From Candidatus Parcubacteria bacterium (GTDB taxonomy: Bacteria; Patescibacteriota; Patescibacteriia; Patescibacteriales; UBA12075), in NCBI GenBank assembly GCA_963814275.1, contig CAWFCE010000001.1:323307-387306 (forward strand): DNA of 64,000 nt, read 5' to 3'. The notes under the pieces were generated by a model that worked only from the letters and a program-made list of their open reading frames with translations, made no database searches and had not been told where the DNA came from. A program made the translations under genes and the position numbers. Below, one piece after another: positions 8,860 to 16,661 of this stretch. Within the stretch, counting starts at the first letter, position 1. Every line of letters starts with the position of its first letter.

Positions 8860-8927
8860 CGTTTTTACGCACTTTTTAAACCGTGAATCATATAGCCAAC
8901 ATTTACTAACATAGAAAGGAGGCGACT

Positions 8928-10427
8928 ATGAAGAAAATCGCATTTGCCGGCACCGATGGCCGGACCCTGCTCAGCGCCCTGGTTACCGCGACGGCGACCA
9001 ATGAAGCGGGAGTTAATGAATTCGAAGGGATCGTTATCCGCGGCAATGACGCCATGGCCCGGTATGCCGCAGTGATGGATTGGCCGGTTAAGTTCTTTCC
9101 GACTGCCAGCAATTCGGTGGCTGATTATGCCAAGGCCATCGTCGACGCGTTCATGGCCGGCAAGATCGATTATGTGGTACCGATGCCAGAAGCCTTGCTT
9201 TTCGATGGTCTTGTCGACGCGGTGGCGGACGCCGGTTATGGCGGACATATTGTCGGTTTGAACCGGCTGGGCGCCTTCATCGAGGCCGATAAGATCGCCT
9301 GCAAACATCTGTGCCGCGATGCCGGAATTCCGGTGGCTGACTCCTGGGTCGATGCCGATGCCAGGGACTACCAAAGGGTACTGGATTCATGCCTTTTATT
9401 TATCCAGCATCATGGCGGGGCTGTACTTAAGTATCCGTACAGCGCCGGCGGCAAGGGCGCTCGCGTCATATTGAATTCCTGGGAGATCAGGGATGTGTAC
9501 GATACGCTCATCAAGGACTATCAGGACAGCTACAAAAAGCTGCACGGCAAGGGCAGATGGCCACTCTTGATCGAATCACTCATGTCCGGCGTGGAGATCA
9601 GCTTTACTCTGTTGGTCGATGGACTTGGCGCTTATCGTATCCTGCCGACCGCTATGGATTATCCCGAACGGTATGTGGGGCCAGCCTCGAGAAACAACCC
9701 GATCACCGGCGGTATGGGCGCGGTTTCGCCCCATCCGATGGAAACGCCGGCGCTCATCGAAATGGCCGGTGAGACCATTGCCAAACCGCTCATCGCCAGG
9801 ATGAAAAAAATGGGCATATTGCGGCCCTGCGTCCTTTATCCCGGCTGTTTCATTTCCCTGGATGGCCAGATGCAGCCTACCAGGATCCGTGTCTCGGAGA
9901 TCAATATCCGCCCCGGCGAGCCGGAAATGCAGCCGGTCGTGCGCCGCCTGCGCAATTTGGGAGCGCTGATCGCCGCTACCTGTGAAGGCCGTTTGAAAGA
10001 AGTCGCGCCGGAGATCAGGACGGAACAAATCGCGGCCAATGTCGCTTTGGTGACCGGACCGGGCGGTCCGGACGGGCAAAAAGGCTATCCCGGGTCATGC
10101 ACCAGGGGGGAGCCGGTGGAGATCGACCGTAAATACCTGAAGCGCAAAGGGATCCAGCTGATTCCTTCGGCCATGGCGATGAACGAAGAAGATGATTTCA
10201 TTTCGGACGGAACACGGGTGGCATACCTTAACTGCAATGTGACCGTCAAAGACACGGACGATCGGAGCGTGATGGCGGACAGACTGCAGACCAAGCTTCT
10301 GGCTGCCTTTGACAATGGCAAAGTACGGGTTGCTCCCCGTGAAAACCCTGAGGGCAACCGCCTTGATCTGCGCCGGGATATCGGCAGCCATTACCGGATC
10401 CAGGCAAAAACGTTTCCGGAAAATTAA
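8928..10427 (+). CDS. divergent phosphoribosylamine-glycine ligase (PurD)-like ATP-grasp protein
   Basis: GKGA, EISF..LVDG, NPITGGMGAVSP, EINIRPGEPEMQP and DGTRV motifs collinear with PurD; about 80 aa longer than typical PurD. Confidence 0.7.
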   Translation: MKKIAFAGTDGRTLLSALVTATATNEAGVNEFEGIVIRGNDAMARYAAVMDWPVKFFPTASNSVADYAKAIVDAFMAGKIDYVVPMPEALLFDGLVDAVADAGYGGHIVGLNRLGAFIEADKIACKHLCRDAGIPVADSWVDADARDYQRVLDSCLLFIQHHGGAVLKYPYSAGGKGARVILNSWEIRDVYDTLIKDYQDSYKKLHGKGRWPLLIESLMSGVEISFTLLVDGLGAYRILPTAMDYPERYVGPASRNNPITGGMGAVSPHPMETPALIEMAGETIAKPLIARMKKMGILRPCVLYPGCFISLDGQMQPTRIRVSEINIRPGEPEMQPVVRRLRNLGALIAATCEGRLKEVAPEIRTEQIAANVALVTGPGGPDGQKGYPGSCTRGEPVEIDRKYLKRKGIQLIPSAMAMNEEDDFISDGTRVAYLNCNVTVKDTDDRSVMADRLQTKLLAAFDNGKVRVAPRENPEGNRLDLRRDIGSHYRIQAKTFPEN

Positions 10428-10452
10428 CATCATTTGGCCATATCTTCAGACC

Positions 10453-10486
10453 GGCCTGCCACGAAATTTGTGAGCAGGCCTTTTTT
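10453..10486 (+). terminator. intrinsic terminator
   Basis: ggcctgc/gcaggcc stem followed by T6. Confidence 0.7.
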
Positions 10487-10531
10487 ATTTATGAGTATTA
10501 TCCGATAAGGCAGATTTCAGGTATTTTTGGT

Positions 10532-10560
10532 TTGACAGGACATAATTTTCGTGCTATAGT
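10532..10560 (+). promoter_or_regulatory. sigma70-type promoter
   Basis: TTGACA-17 nt-TATAGT. Confidence 0.55.
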
Positions 10561-10631
10561 CTGGAGTCATTTGAAGTAGCAGTTATTTCATTAATGTCAT
10601 TCAGAAAACAATAGAGAAGGGAGGGAAATTA

Positions 10632-11387
10632 TGTATCAGAAGAAATGGTATTGTTGTTCTTTGAAACATCATCAAACTGGCGGCGGGATTATTTCCCTGC
10701 AAAGGGAAAACAAACATTATATCTTTTCCCCGGCAAATGTTCCAGAATAAAGAGGGAAAATTCTGAGAGCGGGGCGGGAGTGCAAATCTGTACGCCGATT
10801 TTCGGCGAGTCTAAGGACAAGGGGATATTTTCCCAGGCTCCACAACACGGAGAGCTAGAAAGGAAATTTGGAAGTATTATCTTAATAAGATCGAGGACTT
10901 GCGGCCTTGAATATGAATACCGCAAATGGGGCGTGGCGATCGATTATCAGATGAGAGTACTAGATGATGGTTAAACAGCCTGAATGTCGAAACTGTAATT
11001 TGCCGGAATTCCGGTGATGATCATTTCGGCGATAAACCCCTGCCCTTCGAGCTGGGCTGGCATCCGTATTTTAACGCTCCTAATGGTGCTTGGATCAAGT
11101 TCATCGGAGATGATACTACTGATGTTGAGGTTAGGGGAGCATTTGGACCGAAAATTTTTGCCGCTGCTCCTACAATCCTTATCAATTTGGTCGGTTTAGG
11201 CCAAGTGCGAATGGAACTTTACGACGGATTTGAAACTGGTAAGATTTGCGTTTGGACCGATTGGCTTGACCATTATGTTTGTGTCGAGCCACTTTTAAAC
11301 CACCGAATGTTCGGTACGGGCGATGGTTCGTATCTTTATCCAAACAAGCCATTCGAGGCGAATTTTTCAATGTTTTTCGAAGACTGA
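10632..11387 (+). pseudogene. aldose 1-epimerase (galactose mutarotase)-like gene broken over three frames
   Basis: Frame a, 10632-10751 (GGGIISL...); frame b, to 10974 (VQICTPIFG...QHGE); frame c, 10965-11387 (PLPFELGWHPYF...VCVEP). GGGAGGG RBS is intact. Confidence 0.6.
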
Positions 11388-11422
11388 ATTAAACCCCGCA
11401 AACCATGAAAGGAGGAAATTAA

Positions 11423-11854
11423 ATGGTAAAGCCAATCATCAATTGCATCAGGTTAAGTGGAGCCTCTATTCCGGCCATTATCAGCGAAGCGCTGGCAATC
11501 GAATCTGTGAGCTTGTATCGCAGCGCGGACGGCAAAAAAGATTTTGCAGGAGAAAAATACTCCGGCCGGATAAAAACCGACCGCGAATCGATGAGTTTTT
11601 TCGGTGCGAGCGGAGTGTATTTCGAGGCCCATATCGAATATGAGGCACCTGACAAGACAACTCGCAAAACACTGGCTCTATATATTGTTACCCCCGGCGT
11701 CCTGCAGATGGATTTCGGCGAGGGTTATGAGTTTATGACCCAGGATATCGACGAACTGTTGTCCGAGGCCGATTCCGACGCTGCCGAGATCATACGGGAT
11801 CATATGGCAAAATTCGGCAATGATCCGCTCAGTAAAACCGCCGGATCGTGCTAA
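11423..11854 (+). CDS. hypothetical protein (143 aa)
   Basis: AAAGGAGG RBS; no motif recognised. Confidence 0.5.
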   Translation: MVKPIINCIRLSGASIPAIISEALAIESVSLYRSADGKKDFAGEKYSGRIKTDRESMSFFGASGVYFEAHIEYEAPDKTTRKTLALYIVTPGVLQMDFGEGYEFMTQDIDELLSEADSDAAEIIRDHMAKFGNDPLSKTAGSC

Positions 11855-12076
11855 ACGTAAATTCAAGCGCCAAGAGCGCCGGGCCATTCCTCAGGGGATG
11901 GCCTTTTTTATTGTAATATTTTGCCCGATATTGACAAATACGAAATTTTTCATTATTATAATATGGTTATTCCGTTGTATATAGGGCTAAGTTAAAATAT
12001 TCAGTTTATATTTCAAATAAATTTTTCCGGTAAAACGAGATCCAAAACAATAATTCAAACAAAACAGGAGGACGTA

Positions 12077-12457
12077 ATGAGAAAAAAATGTTTGTTGTTG
12101 GGAGCCGTGTTGTCATTGGCTTTGACCGCTTATTCGATAGCGGGACCGGATTTGACTGCGCCGACGCAGGTGCGGGCGATAAAAGTAACAGATAGTTTGA
12201 TAAAGGTGACCTGGGCGCCCGTGGCAAATGCCTCCGTTTACGTGGTTTACCGCAACGGGAAAAGCTTTGCCCTGGTTAATGGGACGAGTTTCGATGACGT
12301 TAAAATCGAAAAAGACCAAGGCTATTCCTACCGGATTCAGGCGGTAAATGGCAGCGGCCGGTCGCCTTTTTCCGCCGCAACGCATGTGGCGGCACATGGG
12401 CAGGGAAAACCGCCAAGCGCCCCAGGCGGCATGAAAATCGTTCAAAAAAAACCTTAG
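12077..12457 (+). CDS. secreted fibronectin type III domain protein
   Basis: Signal peptide; P.QV.A..VT.S.I.V.W.PV.NAS.Y.VYRNG...Y.Y.IQAVN FN3 pattern; AGGAGG RBS. Confidence 0.7.
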   Translation: MRKKCLLLGAVLSLALTAYSIAGPDLTAPTQVRAIKVTDSLIKVTWAPVANASVYVVYRNGKSFALVNGTSFDDVKIEKDQGYSYRIQAVNGSGRSPFSAATHVAAHGQGKPPSAPGGMKIVQKKP

Positions 12458-12630
12458 AATCAATTAGCCGGTTACCATTGGCCTTTCGATGGTAACCGGT
12501 TTTTCATTATTTTATTAATAACACTCTGCCATTTCGGCGGATTTAATTAAGCTAATATTGGCTTGCCAGGCAGGCTTAAATGTGCTATTTTGAGGGTAGA
12601 TTTATTGTTTAGCGGACTTTCCGCATTATT

Positions 12631-13209
12631 ATGAATATCGAATACGAGGCGACATTCGCCAATATCGACAAAGACGAAGTGAGGAATATGCTGGCTAATG
12701 CCGGAGCGCGGCTCGTGCATCCGGAGTTTCTCATGAAGCGTGCGGTTTTCGCTCCGGCCGAGGGCTGCACCGTGAGTGACAGCTGGCTCAGGGTGCGCGA
12801 TGAAGGGGATAGGATCACGATGAGCATCAAGGCTGTGGACGGCGAAGCGATCCACAACCAAAAAGAGATAATGCTCACGGTAGACAGTTTCGAGGAAGCC
12901 AAGAAATTCCTCCTGAGTATCGGCTGCCGGGAAAAATCCTACCAGGAAACCCGGCGGGAGTGCTGGGAGCTGGACGGAGCCGAGATCACGATCGACGAAT
13001 GGCCGTTCCTCGAACCCTTCGTCGAAGTGGAGGCGGCGAGCGCCGAAGTGGTGCGCGTGGCCGCGGAGAGAGCCGGTTTCGATTATAATAAAGCAAGATT
13101 CTGCGCGGCGGACATTCTCTATAGTGAAAAATATCATCTTAGCCTGGACCGAATCGACAACCAGACGCCGCGTATCGTCTTCGAAATGGAAAACCCATTC
13201 GTGAAATAA
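12631..13209 (+). CDS. CYTH-domain protein (CyaB-like class IV adenylyl cyclase / triphosphate tunnel metalloenzyme family)
   Basis: N-terminal EYEATF (ExExK-like), RVRDEG..ITMSIK, and WELDG.EITIDEWP..EPFVEVE. Confidence 0.75.
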   Translation: MNIEYEATFANIDKDEVRNMLANAGARLVHPEFLMKRAVFAPAEGCTVSDSWLRVRDEGDRITMSIKAVDGEAIHNQKEIMLTVDSFEEAKKFLLSIGCREKSYQETRRECWELDGAEITIDEWPFLEPFVEVEAASAEVVRVAAERAGFDYNKARFCAADILYSEKYHLSLDRIDNQTPRIVFEMENPFVK

Positions 13210-13301
13210 ATTGCATCAAGTATCGAATTGAGTTAAATATATTTTAATTTGGCAAAACCAAATAAATAAATACCAAAACGCTCTTAAAAAGGAGAATAAC
13301 C

Positions 13302-13943
13302 ATGACAGTAAATTTGACGAAAAGCGAAGTGTCGGATGTCGAAACTTATTTAAATATGATCCGGAAGCAAATCAGCGACCCGGGCGGTTATAAGTTCAAT
13401 CCGAAATTACTCCTGAACCATCTTAAAGCAGGGAGCTGTGGCAGGTTCATCGATGCCGAGTGTAAATGGCCGCTCTGGAGAACGATCGATCACGGTAATC
13501 ACCACAATTATGTGCGTAACTTTTATGAGGCATTCGATGATCACAAAATCAGGATGGACGATTGGGTGAGCAAAATTGTGGATAATTTTTTGTTCTGTTC
13601 CGCATCGGTCCATTCGGAAGAAAATATCGATCTGTGCAAGGCCAGAACCAAAGAGATCGTGGGCGGCTACGGCCAGCTGGCTGAGATTTTCAAAGGCATC
13701 GAGGATTTTGGCGGCGGTCTGCTTACGGCCGAAATGAGCCTATGTCTGCGTGACCAATACCGGGACCAGCCGGAAGGCGAACAATTGCTCATTGCCATGC
13801 AGCCGGTAGCTTTATCCGGCGACAGCGCTTATATTCCCTGTCTGGAGCGCCAGGATAATGCTCTATGGATACGCGGCCAGCAGATCGACCCTGTTCGTTT
13901 TTGGGACGCTGGCAGCATGTGGGCTTTCCGCTATCCGCAATGA
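13302..13943 (+). CDS. hypothetical protein (213 aa)
   Basis: AAAGGAG RBS; no motif recognised. Confidence 0.55.
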   Translation: MTVNLTKSEVSDVETYLNMIRKQISDPGGYKFNPKLLLNHLKAGSCGRFIDAECKWPLWRTIDHGNHHNYVRNFYEAFDDHKIRMDDWVSKIVDNFLFCSASVHSEENIDLCKARTKEIVGGYGQLAEIFKGIEDFGGGLLTAEMSLCLRDQYRDQPEGEQLLIAMQPVALSGDSAYIPCLERQDNALWIRGQQIDPVRFWDAGSMWAFRYPQ

Positions 13944-14012
13944 TTATCACGCCCCGGCATGTCCAACTTTCTAATTCCGCATAGCACCTTGGATTATCAA
14001 ATTCACAGCAAA

Positions 14013-14050
14013 ACCCTGCCCATGTGTTTAACTCAGGCAGGGTTTTTTTA
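14013..14050 (+). terminator. intrinsic terminator
   Basis: accctgcc/ggcagggt stem followed by T7. Confidence 0.75.
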
Positions 14051-14264
14051 TTTTTTCTTTTAGAAAATTTTAGGGTTGGTTTAGAAATTTTTTATTTATT
14101 CGATACGAATCGGCCAGATTGTCAGTTTTGCCTGGTTGCCGCAATAAACCGGAACGCGCCGTGGCGCGTACCTACGAGTGGAATTATAATTTTAGAAAAA
14201 AATAAAAATGGCTGACGGAAATTCCATCAGCCATGTTATATGGGGGCGGTGGTATATGATATCA

Positions 14265-14666
14265 CTAAATCGCGATGGCTTCGCGATTGTGATACACTTC
14301 GGTCGCCAGAGGGTTGGCCGCGACCAGCTCAGCCAGCCTGGCCTCGTCGGTGACGGTGTAAAACGACAAAAACGGATTTTCATTGCCGGCTGAGATGGTG
14401 ATCCATTCAGAGCCAAGTTTCATTTTCCGGCTGCCGTCGGTCTTCTGCCAATAACCGGTAACCTTAAGCTTCCGGAAGCCGTATACCCCACCCTTGGGGT
14501 GGATTGACCCGTATTCGTGCCAAATGATCTCTCCGAAACGGATCGATGAAATCTCTGCCGTATTCATCAGCCGGAACATTTCACTGATTTCAGGGCTGTC
14601 GAATCCGGACCAAACATTGCGGTATAGGACAAAATTGCCGTGTGGAAAATTATTCATTTCGAACAT
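14265..14666 (-). CDS. hypothetical protein (133 aa)
   Basis: AAAGGAGG RBS on the minus strand; no motif recognised. Confidence 0.55.
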   Translation of the reverse strand: MFEMNNFPHGNFVLYRNVWSGFDSPEISEMFRLMNTAEISSIRFGEIIWHEYGSIHPKGGVYGFRKLKVTGYWQKTDGSRKMKLGSEWITISAGNENPFLSFYTVTDEARLAELVAANPLATEVYHNREAIAI

Positions 14667-14940
14667 GGTGTGTACCTCCTTTTGGTTTGATGGGTAATGA
14701 GCGGAAATTATCGTTATTAGTTTATAATTTACAAAAATAATTTCATGATTTGATAATATAACATGTTAATTATATTTTGTAAAGCTTTGCGGCATTACGG
14801 CGCGATCTGCTAATCCGAGCGGCAATGGGCGATTGTCTGTTTTTTTCAAGGGTCATTGATCCTGATGGCCCTTCATTTATTTCAAAATATGTTTCCGGCA
14901 TCGTAACGGAATATTGTTAAGTTTAAGGATTCTCCTGACA

Positions 14941-14978
14941 GCACATTCTATAGCACATTCCATAGAATGTGCTATAAT
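14941..14978 (+). promoter_or_regulatory. operator-like inverted repeat overlapping a TATAAT box
   Basis: tagcacattc(14951-14960)-cata-gaatgtgcta(14965-14974), an extra direct half-site at 14941-14950, and TATAAT at 14973-14978. Confidence 0.5.
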
Positions 14979-14984
14979 TTATAT

Positions 14985-15155
14985 ATGGCCAAACACATCG
15001 TAAAACTTACCAAATCCTCCCGCTACAGCTATTCGGTCGTTCTGCCCAAAGAGATCATTGCTAAATACGGCTGGCGCGAGCGGCAGAAACTAACTGTCGA
15101 AGACAAAGGGCGAGGCGTTGTCGTGATCAAGGACTGGAAGAGCGGTAGCATGTAG
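14985..15155 (+). CDS. AbrB/MazE/SpoVT-family DNA-binding protein (56 aa)
   Basis: VKLTKSSRYSYSVVLPKEI....GW......L.V swapped-hairpin pattern; the ATG lies 7 nt past the TATAAT box, so the mRNA may be leaderless. The track ORF starts at 14967, inside the operator. Confidence 0.65.
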   Translation: MAKHIVKLTKSSRYSYSVVLPKEIIAKYGWRERQKLTVEDKGRGVVVIKDWKSGSM

Positions 15156-15273
15156 CATGGAGCGAGTAGCACATAGCAGGCAACATATGGCTGGTAAACA
15201 ATAATCACAGCTTCTGGCAGGTTTGTTTCTTTTTAGTTGTGAGGGTAAATTATTATAATTAACCGAAACAAAA

Positions 15274-16098
15274 ATGGTATTCAAAATAGCGGTCAAAGGG
15301 ATCATCCGCCGTGGTGACGGCAAAATATTGATAGTTAAAAGAAGCGGGCAAGACAGTTATTTGCCGGGGAAATGGGAGATGGTCGGGGGCGGGGTGGAAG
15401 AAAAAGAAAAACCCCAGATTGCTTTGGCGAGGGAGATCATGGAAGAGACCGGGCTCAGGGTCGTCATCCGGGAGCCTTTCAATGTGTTCACCTTCGAGAA
15501 CGAGAAAAACGAATTCAAGATCGGCATCACTTTTATTTGCGAATATGCGGAAGGAGAGGTGAGTCTGAGCGATGAACACAGTGAATATGCCTGGATCGAC
15601 CCCAAAGATATCAAGAGCTATGATACCGCCCTGTCTTTGTGCAACGAGATCACGACTTATGCCAATAAATACAGCAGAAGCTACGGCAAATTCAACGTCA
15701 GCCAGAAAGCTGTCATCATCCGCGGCAACAAATGCTTTATCGCGGAAGTATATAAACGGCCGGGCGTTTGGGATTTGCCCGGCGGCCGGATCGATGACCG
15801 GGAAGATTCCCTGGAGGCATTCCGGCGGGAGCTCGTCGAAGAGACCGGCGTGAGCGACTGCGAAATTCTCTCGACCTTTGCCGGCGCCACATCGATGACA
15901 CCTGCCGGCGCGACCGTCTTCGCTACCGCCTCCCTGGTCCGTACGGACCAGGAAATCGTCCTGAGCCAAGAACACGTCAGGGGCAAATGGATCGGTGAAA
16001 ACGAAGTCGATGATCATGAATACATCTGGCCGGCCATGAATCGGATGATCAAACAAGGATTCCGGTTCAACAAATTGCTGGCCAAAAACAATGATTGA
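15274..16098 (+). CDS. tandem (double) Nudix hydrolase
   Basis: Two complete Nudix boxes: GGVEEKEKPQIALAREIMEETGL and GRIDDREDSLEAFRRELVEETGV. Confidence 0.85.
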   Translation: MVFKIAVKGIIRRGDGKILIVKRSGQDSYLPGKWEMVGGGVEEKEKPQIALAREIMEETGLRVVIREPFNVFTFENEKNEFKIGITFICEYAEGEVSLSDEHSEYAWIDPKDIKSYDTALSLCNEITTYANKYSRSYGKFNVSQKAVIIRGNKCFIAEVYKRPGVWDLPGGRIDDREDSLEAFRRELVEETGVSDCEILSTFAGATSMTPAGATVFATASLVRTDQEIVLSQEHVRGKWIGENEVDDHEYIWPAMNRMIKQGFRFNKLLAKNND

Positions 16099-16645
16099 CC
16101 TGATAAAGAATGCAAAAACCGTAAAAAATGAAGCCGATACATTGCTCAAAAAATCGGCCTTGCTTGGCGTACTTTCCGGATACGGCCGGGTCTTCATCAG
16201 GGGCAGCTATGAATTGGACCTGATGGTAGACGGCGACATCGATATCTATGTAGTAAATAAAAAGATAGATAAAAAATCAGCGGTCAAAGCTCTGAATGGA
16301 ATGATAAATATGAATTATTTTCGGGGTTATCTGTTTTACGATTTCGTTAAACGGCGAAGAAAGGGCTTCCCCAAAGGGTATTATCTGGGCGCGCGGACAA
16401 GATTCAAAAAAAAGAAATGGAAAATCGATATCTGGTTCATGGCGGAAATGGACAAGGGGAGCGATAAACTGTTGAATTTCGTTAAGCGGAACACTGACGA
16501 GAAAACCCGGATAACTATTTTGAAAATAAAAAAAGAGTGCAAAGACCGGAAATTGGATATATCAAGCCATTTGGTCTATCTGGCAGTGATAAATGATAAC
16601 GTGAATTCATTTTCTGATTTTATAAAAACTTTGGATAATTCATAA
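16091..16645 (+). CDS. Pol-beta superfamily nucleotidyltransferase-like protein
   Basis: GS-x9-DIDI motif (RGSYELDLMVDGDIDIYV) and a later KIDIWF acidic strand; start overlaps the Nudix stop by 8 nt; visibly more AT-rich than its neighbours. Confidence 0.6.
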   Translation: MIDLIKNAKTVKNEADTLLKKSALLGVLSGYGRVFIRGSYELDLMVDGDIDIYVVNKKIDKKSAVKALNGMINMNYFRGYLFYDFVKRRRKGFPKGYYLGARTRFKKKKWKIDIWFMAEMDKGSDKLLNFVKRNTDEKTRITILKIKKECKDRKLDISSHLVYLAVINDNVNSFSDFIKTLDNS

Positions 16646-16661
16646 TAATCAATGTGAGTTT

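Noticed and set aside
15259-16197. 312-aa minus-strand ORF
   Set aside because: It is an antisense shadow of the well-supported tandem Nudix gene. The same reasoning applies to 1060-1677 (-), 24092-24775 (-), 43126-43965 (-), 45601-46104 (-), 56437-57225 (-), 59484-60005 (-), 61739-62275 (-) and the many 60-170 aa overlapping ORFs in the track.
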